DNA of 64,000 nucleotides from assembly GCF_000315625.1 (NCBI RefSeq), contig NW_005434666.1, positions 1,119,537-1,183,536 of the forward strand, written 5' to 3'. How positions within the stretch are numbered: position 1 is the first letter of the stretch; every line of letters begins with the position of its first letter. The position numbers and the translations under genes were made by a program. The notes beneath the pieces are model-generated. The model searched no databases and was not told the origin of the DNA. It saw nothing but the letters and a program-made list of their open reading frames with translations. This document shows positions 11,791 through 26,072 of the stretch, one piece after another. The stretch comes from Guillardia theta CCMP2712. Its lineage: Eukaryota; Protista; Cryptophyta.

Positions 11791-12092
11791 ACAAACATAG
11801 ATTAGATTCTGTCAAGAGGGGTTGAAAATTGTTTCTAGATGATATAAACTGAAGAAACAAGGATCCAGATGACATAAACCGTAGAACAAATTATTAGGAT
11901 TGTCATGATAGGTTATTTTGTTTCTACATAAATGGTAGGGGCTTGTTGTTCAAATACTTTACAATCACTCAGATGATGATACACCTCACGCTTGCGGCTA
12001 AGAATAACAAAAGAATAGGAGGATGGCAAGTTGAGTCTTCGAGCTTGAAACGAGCGTGCCTTTCGTTCCCGGGCACCTTGTGGTGATTGTGC

Positions 12093-12624
12093 TTAGAAGT
12101 CCAAGATCTCGATCTCGAATTTCAGGTCTGCATTGGGAGGGATGAGGTTGCCTGCCCCGTTTGCTCCGTAAGCATAGTCAGCTGAGCAATGCAAGGTAGC
12201 AGTCTGGGCGATGGCTGCGTAAGGCCAGGGACAACGAAAACAAAAACAAACCTGTCCTTTACTCATCTGCTTGATGCCTTCATCCCAGCACTTGATAACT
12301 TCTCCTACTCCTGTACAACACGTGTAAGATTTGTCATGAGGCCAGACAGATACCCAAGGTGAAGATGAAGGGCTGATCCCTGTCCTTGGAAGAGTCAAAT
12401 TTCAATCCGTTGTCTGCTAGATATCCAGTGTAATGCACAGTGACGCTCTGTAAACAGCATCACAGAAGGAGTTCGACCAAATATCAAGCAAGATTAATCA
12501 AGAGTACCTTGCCAACAGAAGGAAAAGTTTTTCCATCTCCGGCATGCTTTGTTTCTATGGTGACCCCTGAGAATCTCAGTCAGAGTGTCTGGAAAAACTT
12601 TTGCCTACGAAGCCTCACCTCCAT
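12093..12624 (-). CDS. FKBP12: FKBP12-type peptidyl-prolyl isomerase (multi-exon)
   Basis: Exons encode [57 protein letters not shown] and [26 protein letters not shown]. Confidence 0.9.
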
Positions 12625-13476
12625 GTACAAGATTCACAAGAAAAAGATTTATGAGTAAATAGATGAATGAAACCCCTTGGCTGCAGTGCAATCTGGATAC
12701 AACCATGGTAAGTAGTCGAAAGGCAATGTCAACACTTGCAAAGTTCTATCCTCCTTCATCATATCGTGCAATGTTGAAGTTCAAACTGCATGCTCACTGT
12801 ATCACATGATCCTCCCAGTCTTCCTTACACTAATAAAAAATCTGGTTCATGTTGCTTTCTTCGCTTCATTTCTTCCACTGACCGCCTCCGCATTCCCTTC
12901 TCGCCGCTTCACCTGCCCATGGCGTCGTAGAACCTAAAGCAAGGCAACGGATACATAACGGTCAGATGTTCGTTACGTCTCTACAACTTTCAAGAGCTAA
13001 AAGAAACGTTTCAAAGTTTCCAAACAAGAACTTCAAAACTTTGACTCTTTTAAAACAAAGTTGCGATGTTCAAATTGGCGAGGTAGAACCTATCGAGTGG
13101 GGGTAGGGGTTATCCTGATAACCGGTACTGATTGGTAAATCAGAGGGTTCACACTCCAAGCAATCTGTTATTCAAGTAGGGTAGGTGGGTAGTAACGGAA
13201 CTTTGAAGGATTCAAACCGGAGGACCTTGGATCACCACCCGTGTCACAGAGGGATTTAGAGGGGTGAGGGGTGAGGGGTACTGCAGTAGATCGCGCGCGC
13301 TCGATGGCAAGCAAGTGAAGGAGGAGCAAGAGCAAGAGCAAGAGACGAAGGAAGAGAGAGGAAGATCAAGAAGTACTCGGCGAAGTACATATCCTACATT
13401 CCTGCGATATTTCAGCGTCATTCATTCCTTGTGAACAAAGTTTTTCGTGAACTCAAGTGTGAGAAAATCAAGAGCA

Positions 13477-14665
13477 ATGGCTCATCATCAGCACGACTCC
13501 GCGTCGGCAGCTTCAGGATGTCCTCCAAGTGCACCTGCTGGTGTCACTGTGAGTGAAGCTCAGGAAGGTACAGAAGCTGTTAAAATTTCCTGTTGCGACT
13601 TGACGTCATTGTACTTGTGTCTCATTGCTTCCAAGATGTACGAACGTTTCCGTGTTATATATCATGACATTCAAACTACAGAACTGCGAAGGAGTGAGAA
13701 GTTCTTTGCCTTTTCCCCGATTCGATTTGTGGACGATGTTTACAACTGCACCTCGCATTATCTGAAGGTATGAATGTCCAAAACTATCGATGACGAACTC
13801 ACCTCTTGCTCGCTCAGCACGGACTAGATCAAATGGAGAATGTTCTGCTGGAAGATCAAGAAACCAGAATATACTCTGATGATATCAAGAAGGGTGTAAC
13901 TAGTTTGCACAAGAAGCTTTTCCGCTCCTTGGACAGGAACATCGACAAATTCGAGCTGTACATCATTCGTAACATTCTGAAGATTCCGAAACATCTTGAT
14001 CTCTCGTCGGACAACAAGGAAATGAATTGGACAGGAGAGTCTGCTGCTGCAGGGGGATCAGTGGAGGATGAGCAGATGTTGGATGAGGTATTCTTTCTCC
14101 ATCGAAACCATCTGGATCTCTAAAGCATTTGTAGGAACTGAGGGAGCTACGCCGCAAAATTCATTCTGCTCAGTTTGTCAACAGAGCTATGAAAGGAAAG
14201 TTAAGCGAGATTGAGAAGCAACTGAAGGACTATCATCAAATCCAAGAAGCGTTCGATGAAATGGACCGCAGGGTCAGATCTTGAATGTCAACATTGGATG
14301 TCGCGTCTGACTGTGCATTAGGCCAAGGAAAGTGGAGTCGACACACACCTGGAAGCTGCTGTGCTCGACCTTCTCCAACATGATCCCGAACTGCGAGCCC
14401 TGGAGAAACAGTACGCTGCCGTTGAGACGGTGACTGAAAATCTCGCACTGCGCTCGACTCTAAAGCTCCACAAGTTGCAGAGTAAGGATAATGAGAACTG
14501 GGGAATGGTTGGGCCAAACATAGATACTTGTTTCACGGAAAACCGAGTCAAGGTATGCTGATTGTGTGGATTTTTGACTTCTGATTTGACAGTATTTGCT
14601 TTCAGATGGGTGGCCCGTCAACAAGAACTTTGAACCATCTGCGAGAGATCCTCACTGCCAAGTGA
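13477..14665 (+). CDS. MIS12: Kinetochore protein Mis12 homolog (multi-exon)
   Basis: EKFFAFSPIRFVDDVYN..GLDQME..IKKGV..LDRNIDKFELYIIRNILKIP matches the Mis12 domain signature; coiled-coil tail. Confidence 0.8.
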
Positions 14666-14939
14666 TTACTTTTCCTTCCTTGCTTGAAATATTCTAGAGA
14701 TAATCTACAACCCTGAACTTCAACAGTGTCAAACCTGCAAAGGCAAGAGGAATATTTTGGTTTGTCAACACTATTTGGTCGTTGGAGGGATGTTTGCAAT
14801 TAAATAAATAAATTGAGCCCAAGCTTCACTTTTAAGTCTCTTTGTGAAAGTTACAGCTCTCATTTCATCTTGCGCACTCATGGGTTCTTGTTGGAAAAGC
14901 GCAGGCCAGCAAAAATTTGGATTGAGTCAACAGGTCTTG

Positions 14940-17093
14940 GAGGTCACCGGGAGTCTCGACCGTTTCTCAACACTCGTTCCAACAAGGAGCTGTGCATATT
15001 CAGCCATTCTGAGTACATGTCAGCCATTCTGATGAAGATCGAGCAATCATTCACCACTGGATTCCGTCTCGTAACGTTTCTCGTTTGATCGCAGTTGTTC
15101 TAGTTCTTGAAGCGTCAGCTTCAGCCTGTAGTGCATTCGTTGCTTTTCTTGCTCAAGCCTGGCAGCACAAGCATTCAAAGAGCGTTCTGTCTAAATGTTT
15201 CAAGCACCCTTGCTTCTCCTGGTTTACATACTGCACTTCGGTGCGCAAGGCATCTGCCAGTTCCTGCAACGACCTTCACGATGTGTACGTCTTTGGTCTC
15301 AACTTCTTACCTGATATTGTAATGCCTCGGATTGAGCGCTCCGAACGGCATCCTGCAGATCTGCAATTTTCTGACTCATACTGTTCACTGTTAGAGTGCT
15401 GATCGTGCGTGAAGAAAACGTACGCAGATTCTACTTTCTTTTTCTCCTCTTGCTCTCTTACATAGAACGCCTCATACTCCTGTAATCTGTAGACCTGAAG
15501 GACAAAAATGAGCTTCCGAACTAGCATAACTTTGCTTGTGCCTGTTTGTGAAGTTCAGAAACTTTTGCTTCATACTCCTTGACTTCTGATTTCCTTGCCT
15601 CAAGTTCTTTTTGCATCAAATCTACAGAAAATCTTACTAGTTCACTATCACAATGAGGATTTACCCATCTCATCGCACAAACGCATCTTTTGACTTTGGA
15701 CTCGTTCGAAATCACCGCGAAGGGAGTCAAAATTCCTTGTAAGATCATCATTTTCCCGCTCCGATCGAGTGAGTTGATCTGAAATCTCCTGTTTCGACCT
15801 GGAATTCTCTGTAAAGCTAGTCAAAGATCAATTGAACATGGTGACTTACAGGTTCAGACCGGAGTTTTCGATTCTGAGAATATTCACTTCTCGTTCCACA
15901 ACATTCAGTTTCCCCTCCAAATTCGTCATTTCTTTGTTTTGATTGTCAATCTTCTTGCATAATTGCGATCTTTCAAGTTCATTGGCATCGATAGTCTTCT
16001 GCAGATGATCGAGTTGCTGTAAACTTACTTGCAGTCGTGTGTTGCAATCAGATTTCTCTCTGTTTAGAAGCTCTCTTTCTTCAATCCATGAACGACGCGC
16101 ACTTTGGAGCTCTTCGTTTTGAATTTGAAGCCTATCTCTTTCTGCTCGATCTTCGAGCAGACTTTTCCTTTCCTCTTGCCATTGATCTGCAGCCTTTCGA
16201 TGAAGAACAGCATCGCACTGCAGCTGTTCAACAAGTTCTTTTTGGTGCTTGATCTCAGATTGAAGCGAAACAATTCTCTCTTCTATATTCAACTTCTCCT
16301 TCATCAATTCCATGTTCTCACTCTTCAAAGCTTTTTCATTCGTGACGTAGGAAGAAATTTCTTCCTCCAGCTCTTTTACTTTCTTCTGGAATTCTTCGCA
16401 GTCCTTTCTCAGCTTTACCTGGGAAGAAGAAGCGTGAGCAAGAAGCTCGGACACCTCAGGGTGACATGAGTATACCTCTGATTTCTCGATATTGAGCTTG
16501 TCTGCCTTGCAATGATCAAGTTGTTTTGCCAGAGACTCAGCCTGTCGCTGATATTCTTGCATCTTCTGAACCGCTGCATCACAGTCATGCTCAAGAGACT
16601 CCTTTTGGAGGAGCCAATGTTTCATCTCGTTGACGTGCTTCTGTTCGGACTCAAACAGCCTCTTGATTTCTTCGGCGGATGAAGCCAATATCGCTTGTAG
16701 AGTGCTCTTTTCCCTCTGTAGAAGATCTTTCTCCTGCATCAGCAGCCCGACCTCTTGAAACAGTTGCTCTTCTGACGCTTTTCTCACGGGATCTTGCACT
16801 GACGGCGATGCTGCCCAGTCAGACTTGTCTGCAAGCATTCCGCTCTTACTGAGCAGCTTCTGCCGCTCTGATGCCACAACAGCTCGTGCAGACTGGATGG
16901 ATCGGAGAGCATGCATTTCGTTGGCAGCAGCAGACTTGGTATCGTGCATGAAGCTGAGATCAGTGAGAGGGTGTTGATTTCTCGAGGATTTGAGCACTTG
17001 ATCGTGCCCGGACATGTTCTGCCATGTTTTCCTGCCCTGCAGTAGCAACGCTTCCTCCTCTTCCTCCTTCATTCTTCTGAGCGGCGACGCCAT
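14940..17093 (-). CDS. Long coiled-coil protein (multi-exon, 3' end approximate)
   Basis: 415-aa E/K/Q/L-rich heptad ORF plus downstream coding exons. Confidence 0.7.
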
Positions 17094-17497
17094 CCCTCGG
17101 TAACCTGGGCCGTCCTCTTAACCCCTCCCCCCTCCCCCCAACAAGTAATGGGAAAGAGGGGTGGTAAACGGAAGGTGCTGCCGTTGGCTGCGGGGTAAGA
17201 TGCCGGTAAGATGGAACCGGAACAATCTTTGCAGTGGTGAGGTAGGGAAGATACAATCTTTGCAAGTGGTGAGGAAAACGAATGGGAAAGCGAGAGGAGG
17301 AAGAAGAGCAGGAGCGAAGAGGAGAAATAGACGTTTGACAAGCATTGGCACACCGACATGTGACAAGGTTGGCAGGCGAAGGGATGTGAGTGACCTCTCA
17401 TGGTGACAGCGAGCGACATAAGACTCAATGGAAGCTCTGATTGACTCTTTCAGACTTGCGGCTACTCGATTTCAATCTCCATTGCCTTCCGCGTCAA

Positions 17498-19472
17498 ATG
17501 TCAAACTCAGCGCAAGACGACGCTGATCTTCCCTTGGAGTCTTTCAAGTCAAAACAAAAGATTGCCTACGCTAACGGAGATGTGTATGAAGGCTCCGTAG
17601 AAAGAGGCCTCCGCAGTGGTCGAGGAGTTCTGGTGTGTGAAGATGGGAGGAAGTATCGAGGTCAGTTCTATCAGGACCTGCCGCATGGGCAAGGGGAAGA
17701 GAGAACGAGCGACAACGCCGTCTACAGGGGTGAATTTCGAAATGGCCACAGAGATGGAACAGGGACAGAGATGAACGAGCAGGGACACGAATACAGCGGT
17801 GAATGGAAAGATGGGATGAGGCATGGTTCAGGAGATTATTTCCAGGACGGCTTGTACTATCAAGGAGAGTGGAAGGAGGGGAACAGGTGACACTCTTCGT
17901 TGAATCTTGAAATGGATGTGACGACATGCAGGCATGGTTACGGTGTTTGTATGTTCCAGAACGGGGATCTCTATGAAGGAGAGTTTGTAGCGGATTTGAT
18001 GGAAGGCAGCGGGTGTATGGTGATGGCGAATGGCAGCAGATATGACGGTGTCTGGAGTGAGCAACTTGAAGTAGGTGCGGTATCATTCATTGACTATTGC
18101 TTCGTAGAGGCGGGAAAGATGTCAGGCAAAGGCAAGATGATTTATTCCAACGGAGATGTTTATGAAGGGCTCTGGAGTGATGGCAAGCGAGAAGGGCAAG
18201 GAAGTTATTTCTCAGCGGCTACTGAATCTGAGTACGTGGGTGAATTCAAGAAGGGCAAACGACATGGCTATGGGAAGCAGCAGTACGTTGTAGCAGCATG
18301 GAGTAACGTCAAGACCTCGCACATACCTTACAAAACATCTCTGAGTGAAACATACGAAGGAGAATGGAGCAGCGGTAGGAAGAATGGATTCGGACGCATC
18401 ATGGTGAAGTCAAGAAAGGTTTTTGAAGGTCAATTCTCAGGTGATAGCAAGCATGGCGAGGGCATTGAGTTTCTTGACGATGGTACTTGCCTTGTGTTCA
18501 GCGATTGTGCCTGACATGCTTGGACGGCAGGCTCTACGTTCAAGAGCTTGTGGAAGGATGGAGTCAGCCAGGGGAAAGGAATCCTCAGGCTCAGTGATGG
18601 GACGTGCGTGCGAGGATACTGGGAGGGGGAACATTTCAGAGAGGCCGCGCAGGAGAAGTTCATTCCGCGTGAGGAGATGAAGGAAGCTGAGGAAGCTGAC
18701 GGCCTCATTGAATTCTTCGAGCGCGGGAAGCAGCGAATCTTGAAAGGTAATCAGCAGCCAGAAGTAGATGCAGGAGTTGCGAAGGCTCCAGACACTCTCA
18801 ACATGTCAGGGGCCCAGGCTGTCTTGCATGATCGAGCGCTGTTGTCGAGCATGGGAGGGTTGCATGACATCGAGGAAGTGGATGAGGACCAGATGGTTGA
18901 CTCAGGCAGTCACGGGCCCACCCCCATCCCCAGCAACAACCCTCGCTTGCAGGGGCGAGCGAGCTCTAAGAGCTCTCCCTACTCTCCCCTGCCTGTAGCA
19001 GAGGCGAAGTCCAGCTCCACTGCGCCGACCTTTCACGAGGATGTCGTGGACATTGCCAAGCGTTTGGATGTATCCCTTGTTCTCAGCTCCATCAGTCTTT
19101 CGCTCATTATGCCGCAGGTTCGCATACGAGGGACGTACGACGAGGAAGGCAACTACCTTCCTCCTGTTTCCATGGAGACCCTTCGAGAGTGGAACGTGGC
19201 TAACTTGGAGTATACCAGCAAGCGTGAGGAGCTCAAGGAGAAGGTGATTGTTCCCCGGTTGCTCTTTTCTTCAATCGATGACACTGTCCTTCAGGGAATA
19301 AGGGCACCTGATCTCTCTGGAGAGACTTGGCGAGGATCATTTCAGCAGGATAAAGCCAACCTCAGCCTTTCAGGTGCTCCCTCTCTTTCTCCTCTCTCCC
19401 TCTCGCTCGTGCTCAGTCAGTCAGTCAGTCAGTCAGTCAGTCAGTCAGTCAGTCAGTTTGTCTGTCTGTCTA

Positions 19473-19510
<38 letters not shown>

Positions 19511-19755
19511 AGTATGTCTGTCACAAACACTCTTTCTCTTACACACACACTTTCTCCATTACTCTCCCTCTGTCTCTCTCTCACTCACTTTGTTCTTTGC
19601 GGAATGTCACTAAATTAGCTTATGTCACTAAATTAGCTTATGTCACTAAATTAGCTTATGTCACTAAATTAGCTTATGTCACCTCAGGTGCACTCAAAGC
19701 TGCTGCTGGTGAATTTTCGTTTGAGAGGTGGAGGCAAGAGCGAGGGTTAACGTAA
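17498..19755 (+). CDS. MORN-repeat protein (multi-exon)
   Basis: Many YxGxWxxGxRHGxG repeats (YANGDVYEGS, YSGEWKDGMRHGSG, YEGLWSDGKREGQG). Confidence 0.9.
19414..19521. repeat. (CAGT)n/(CTGT)n microsatellite in an intron
   Basis: Read directly. Confidence 0.9.
19604..19682. repeat. 18-bp tandem repeat x4 (ATGTCACTAAATTAGCTT)
   Basis: Read directly; lies just before an AG acceptor. Confidence 0.9.
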
Positions 19756-19865
19756 AATGTGCTGAAATGAATGAGGGTTAACGTAAAATGTGCTGAAATG
19801 AATGAGGGTTAACGTAAAATGTGCTGAAAGGAATGAGGGACAACGTAAAACTTGCTGAAATGAAT
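19742..19865. repeat. ~31-bp tandem repeat x4 (GAGGGTTAACGTAAAATGTGCTGAAATGAAT) over the MORN stop codon/3'UTR
   Basis: Read directly; last copy diverged. Confidence 0.85.
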
Positions 19866-19915
19866 CAGGGGCTTCGACTCGTTGGCTTTTATTCAAGCTT
19901 GATTCCTCGTCCTGC

Positions 19916-22900
19916 TCACTTGCTCCCTTCCTCGTCGCTAACCTCAACATCGTCGCCGCGCACCTGCCGACGCAACTTGACTGGGAAGCTTGTCGCTTGC
20001 AACGAACCTCGAGACTCTTCTGCATCGCGCGTTGAAGTATCTCCTCGACCGTGAGCCGTTCAACAACGTTGCTGCTCGAGCCCAGCAGCGAGTAAGGGAT
20101 TGACGAGGTGAGAATAGGTTCACCGGTCCTCTCTGCTGGACAGGAGCGGCCTGAAGCGCGGGATGAGAGGTCGTCTCTGCACTGACAGCCGGACTGTCTG
20201 TGATTGAGGTCAGAGAAGAAGCCAGGCAGTCATTCGCTTCACTCTCGAGGAGGCAGTTGATGATGTTTGACTCTCCGTTGCATCCGGTCTGCCTTTGACT
20301 GGCAGGTTCCTACAGAGCGAGTGAGCGTGAGGAGGGCAACAGCTGACCGACCGCTTGACGCAGTAAATCCTTAAAACCCGATCGTGATCGTGATCCAGTG
20401 CTGTCAGAGGCGCCGATGCTATGGCCGAAGACGGGCGATCTTTCTTGGGTTCTGATTCAACGGGAGGGAACTCTTCTTCATGCTTGATCCTCATGCTGGC
20501 AGCTTGACGAATACAGGTCAGTCGAGCCGACCAGGTTGCCCTTACCTGAGTACGGTCTTCGCTGTGAAAGGAGCGAGAGTCTTGTGCTTATCGAAGCTTT
20601 CTTTGCTGTCTTGTCTTTGCTCCAGATGCGACTCGTCGGTTTCCTGCCCAAGAAGAACATCTCCTTGCACTCCTGGTGAAGTTTGAGACCGCGAGCTTGA
20701 AGCTCCTCTCCTCACCGGGTCTGGCACGGCGTCTCGTCTGTATCCTCGGAGATATTCTTGTGGATATCTCAAGCGGGAATAGATGCGGATGGATTTGACG
20801 CAAGTAGAGTCCAACCTCCCATGTATGACTTGTGCTCCAACAAGCTCTCTGTGTGCAAGGTCGGCAAGTTTCGAGACTCTGTCACTTCACCTGTTCTCGC
20901 ACTTGACGGTGGCGATTTCAGTCTCCGTCTGGTCTGCCTGCGTCACCGTGAGCACCATGACCAGCTCCAAGTCATCATCTCACCGTTCCATACCAACAAG
21001 ACTCGCTTCTTGTTCCAGAGTTGAACGAGAAGGTGAACCTGACTGCAAAAATCCGTTTCTTTCCAATCAGAAACTCCATCTCTTGAACAAATCTTGAAAA
21101 CAACTCAGTCCTCTACAGGGGTTGGTATTCAGTGCTCACGCATCCGATGGAACGATGAGGAAGAAGAAGGATCCGTTCTTGGGCTTGAGCGTCCAGAACT
21201 GCATGTCTTCCAACTCAGACGCGCTGATGCCGTAGAGGAAGTGAATCTGAAGGAGGTCAGAAGAGCAGAGCATGTTCAAGCTCTACATTCTTGAGCGTAC
21301 GGTCGTGCCATCCGACTTGTATTCTCACAGCCTGCAGCCTGCGGTTTGAGGGGACAAGATACTTGTTGCCCTCGAGTTGTCTCAGATCAAATGGACTCGT
21401 CGTCGTTTCCTCATCACTCTCTACTTCTCCTGTTGTCGTTCTGAAAGCATCGCGAGTGACCGGAGGAGGAACGCTGACGACAGCAGCAAGCGAGTAGTCC
21501 GCCAGATCGTCGATCTTGTCCTGGGCTGTCATCAGTCGCAGGTTTGACCGCCAGCCGTTTACTCTGAGCTCATGGCGGGTGAGGGGGTCGATGTTGTGAT
21601 GCAAGACGGCACTGAGAGTCTCGGACTCAAAGAACTCCTGCTGACTCGTCAGACCGCGACCCTCGTCCCCATCCAGACCTTCACAAGGTTATGATCAGCC
21701 CCGCACTCGATCAGGATTCTTGAGCATTCTTCTTGCTTGCGCAGGATGCTCCACATGAGCGGAGTCGCTGCTACGTACTTGGTCTTGGCGCCGAATGCTA
21801 CAGCCAGTCAGACGATGATGGATGAGAGAAAGTCCATGTCAATTGCACTTACATTTCTCTGTAGCGAATGATCCTGTACTCGGAGGGATGAAGATCTGAA
21901 GCCATATCGTCAAGCATTCATTACTGCAGTGCATCTTCAGTTCACCGATGACTTTGCGTTTTCTGACATTAGCTTGCTGAACTTTCCAGCCTGACGAGAA
22001 ATCAAAACTCAGAAACGTGATGGTATCCATGATGTTTTGCGAGTGTAAAGAAGGAGCGACGGGCTCAAAAAGAAGGAGCGACGGGCTCAATGTATGTCCC
22101 TTACCTTGAGACAAGCCATGACTAGTCGCTGCCACAAGCGACGAACCTGAACAAGTACGTCAGGCTTGCTGAATAGAGGACGTTAGCTCCATAACGACCT
22201 TTCCAAACTCAAGGAGGTTGACGATTCGCATCTTTTGAGGGTCAAGGGCAGCTCCTTGCTTGATGAGCAAGACGACGATGTCTTGGTTGCCATGCATGGC
22301 TGCTGCTGTGAGCGGCGCAATGGCGTCAGAACTCATGCCATCGATGTCTGCCTGAGCCTGAACAAGACGCGCCGATAGCTCCCTGCTGATCGTCAGCTGC
22401 ACGTGGAATGACGATGGGGGTTCACAGGGAGTCGGCGAAGGCTGACAGGAGCATCGGGGTGACGATCGTGTCGAGATCCACCAGGAGAAACTTAGTCTTC
22501 GCGCTCGCTTCCTCCAGCCCAACCAGCTCGGGGTACTCCTCCTCGCAGCTCAGCCACCGCATTATCTCATGCGGGATGTTGGCGCGATGGTTGGGGTCGG
22601 CGCCCTGCTGGCTTGTCATGAAGGTTCATCAGCAGCCCAGCAAACCTGAGAGAGGAGGAAATTTGAAACTTGGAGGCTGCCGCAGTAGCAGGAGAGCAGC
22701 AGCGCGAGATCTTTGAGGGAGCGCAGCTGCTTGAGGCGCACGTTGGTCTTGCTTGCTGCTTCTTGCTCCTCGAAGCCTTCGAACAATGAGGAGGTGACCG
22801 GCAAGTCCCCGCGGATGCTGCCAGCGATGAGGGCGAGGGGGATGCCGCTTGCCTCTTGCTTCACGAGGAACTTGAGGCAGTCTGCGTGCCCTCCGATGGC

Positions 22901-25900
22901 TGCGAGAGCGAGGAGGGGAAGCTCATCGTGCTGGTTCCACTCCTCCTGCTCTGCTGGAAACGCACTGAAGATGAGCGACAAGCCCTGCAGCCACCCGTGT
23001 GTCGCCGCCATGCGCACAGCCATCCTGACATGCCCTCGCAGCTCAGCCTCTGCGTCTCTGCCTGTGATCTCGCTGCCCCAATCGCTCCCGCCTGCTCTAT
23101 TCTGCTCCCCAACCGCGAGCTTCTCGATGAGCGAAGAGACGAGAGCCTGCGATACTTTCGTCCACCCGCGAGCGACGCTGAAGGCAAGAAGGTCGCCATG
23201 CTGCTCTTCCACGCAAACAGGTGAGTCTGCCGACCAGCGGAGAACGACGTGAGGAGGATGAAACCTCTGCAGGAGCATCAGCGAAGAGAGAGCAGCAAGC
23301 TAGATCACCTGCACAAGATGCTCGCAGACTTGCTGTTGCAGATTCATCGCTGCCACCGCGACCGGCTTAAAAGCTTCTCATTAGCGTGTTCGTCTTCTCG
23401 CATGTTTGGGCTCACCTCATTTCCATTCTCATCGGCCACGGAAAAAGCTCCGAGCTCCGTCAGTCTTTCAACGACAGGTAGCCAACCAAGCTGAGCAGCA
23501 AGGTGAAGCATGGTCCTGCCCTCTCCCACCTCCAGCCCCAGCTCCAGTTTAAGAGGAGGAGAGGTTCGGAATATGAGAAAGAAGGATTTCACGTATTCGT
23601 GAGCTTCATGCGTCGAGAGAGATTTCGAGCAGGAAGTTTGCAAATCAGTGAAGATTTTGAGGAGAGCGAGGAGTTGGCGAGAGAAGGCGGAGGAAGAGAC
23701 GCAATCCTTTCGCCCTTGAAGTTTCAGAAGAACTTCCACACTGGACCAACGTTGCAAGGAGATGGCTTCATGGCAGACGTCACTGATCAGGTCCCAAGTC
23801 TCTTTCTCATTGTCGGCAAACAGCAGGAGAAGCCAAAGCAGGGTTGAGCTGAACGGGATTGCTTCCATCAGCAACGATCGAACTTGATTTTGATCAAACA
23901 ACCGCCCGACGTGCCTGCTGATGGCGAAGTCACGCGAACCATCTTCAGCTTGTTCTCTTCTTTCCGCTTCAGACTTATTTCTGTCTATCTCTCCTGCCTT
24001 TGTTTCTTCAAGGTCCTCAACAGCAAGAGGAACGAGGGAGTCCAGACAGTGGTTGCTCGCAGGCTGCAAGTTTTCCCGTCCCTCCTGCCTCTCGTCAGTC
24101 ATCAATAGCTTCTGTTTCTCCTGCTCCTTGACAGCTGCGAGCTTGACCGTGTAAATGTCTTCAGGACCCGGAGGACCGAGACGAGATGCAGACAGGATGT
24201 GAAAGAGGAAGACGAGGGAGGAGGAGGATGCGCTTCGGATCGCCTCCAGCATCGCAGGATGAAGGAGTGAAACCTCGCGCAAGTCTGGCATGAAGCTCAC
24301 AAGCAGCTGCAGGCAGTCAATACTGTCACTCCTTGCTGCCATTCGCAGCGCCTGCCTTCCGTTTCGCGCGTCCTGCAGTCTTGAAGAACTTTGTGGATGA
24401 CTGAGGAGCATGCGGAGTTGCTGGTGGTGTCGCTGAAGGCATGCAAAGGAGACAGGAGGAAGGTCTTCCGCTGCCGCTGCCTCTTCCGGCCCCCGTTCCC
24501 ACACCAAGTCGAATCTCAAGCTCTCATCGTGCACGAGGACGAGAAAGTTGTCAATGTTTCCACCTTGCATGGCCAAGCAGAGAGGGTGGAGTCGGGCGGC
24601 AGGATCGTCACCTTGGATCTCCAGCCCGGCGAGAGCTTCGCGCACACTCAAGTTCGGGTCGCCTGCATGGCGGAGGATCATGGAGAGGAGAGTCGCTTGC
24701 TCTGTCTTCACGGCGTATGTAAGGGGAGTTTCCCATTGCCCGTCAATCATGAGCGGAGCGTTGGGGTGTATGCCATGAGCAAGCAGCATCTCGCTCAGAG
24801 CTAGAGTCATCTCTCCGCTGCTGCACATGCCTGCTACTGTGCTCCAAGCAGAGTTTCCCTCCTCCTTGTTGACATGGTTGGGATCAGCCTTGGCATTCAA
24901 CAAGCAGCTCGCTAGCTCCAGCCTCCCGCTTCGCAGGACGTGAGTGAGAGGCGACGCACCGCTCGAATCCCTGTCGTTGACATCAGCACGAAGGCTCAGA
25001 AGCATCTCCATGCAGCTGAGCGCGTCTGGATCGTCAAGCAGGCTGGCGAGGACGAGCTGAGAGCTTGTGACAAGCGACTTTGCCGTCTCCACGTCTGTCA
25101 AAGGGTAGGATGAGTGTACGGAGAACTGGACTCGAGCAGTATGCGTGGCGGCTGTCCGGATAGTTTTAGAGGGGGCGAGGCTGAACTGCTTGTCGATCAG
25201 CTGCTTAGGGTATCGTTGCGTGTCTATAAGCGGAAGCCGGACTTCACAGAGCAGCTCGTCGTGCCCAGACCGATCCCACCGGTAAAGCTGAAAGACAAGC
25301 TCGTCCTTTGTTGAAGACGACACTTCGAACTCACAAGAGTCCGTCCATTCCGGGCACAAGGAGTTGCGCATGACCCTCGTCTGCAAGCAACGTGAGCATT
25401 CACTCCACTCAAGCCGTCACAAACCTGATGTATCCCCTCGCCGACAGAGATCTTAGCAAGGACATCAGCAGTCCCTCTCGAGTTCATTTGCGGGAGGTCC
25501 AGTGCACGCATGTTAGAGACGGTTAGACTCCAAGAGGTGAAAGTTTCCGTTGGCCTGCTGCTGTCGGCACTCTTGTCAGTCAGCATCTTCACTCGTTGTA
25601 TCAGCATCAGCGCCATTTGCCCCTGCCCCTCTCTCAGGGCGATCTCTATCGCTCCTCGTCCAGATCGATCTTGAACGTCCAGTCTCGCCCCATGATCCAG
25701 CAGCTTTCCAAGACAAACGATTGCAGACCCATGTTTCGAAGCGTTCTTGGTTGCATTCTCGATGCAAAGAATAAGCGGAGAAAGGCCGCAGGCGTCCTCT
25801 ACATTGACTTCCATCCTTTTGTTTTCTAACAGGATCTCTACTACTCCCCATTGACCTTCTTTGATCGCCGCGGTGAGAGGATAGACTCCGTCTTGGTCGC

Positions 25901-26072
25901 ACTTAGAAGGGTCTGTGACCTCCATCAGTCTGCAGACCTCTGCAGCAGCTCCGCTTGCACATGCCAGGACGAGGCTGTGATCGCAATGATGTGCTGAACT
26001 TTTTTTGACGAAGAACTTGTTTTTAGACAGCGTAATCATAGAGACATATCCTTTTAGCTTTCCTTGTGCCAT
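19916..26072 (-). CDS. Large ankyrin-repeat protein with a C2 domain (multi-exon)
   Basis: Ankyrin motifs (GVYPLTAAIKEG, GASPLTHVLRSG, GRTMLHLAAQLG); C2 domain LTVSNMRALDLPQMNSRGTAD..QTRVMRNSLCPEWTD..ELVFQLYRWDRSGHDELLCEVRLPL. Confidence 0.8.

Noticed and set aside
19604-19865. Regularly repeated 18- and 31-bp units as a CRISPR-like array
   Set aside because: Direct tandem repeats with no unique spacers, in a eukaryotic intron/3'UTR
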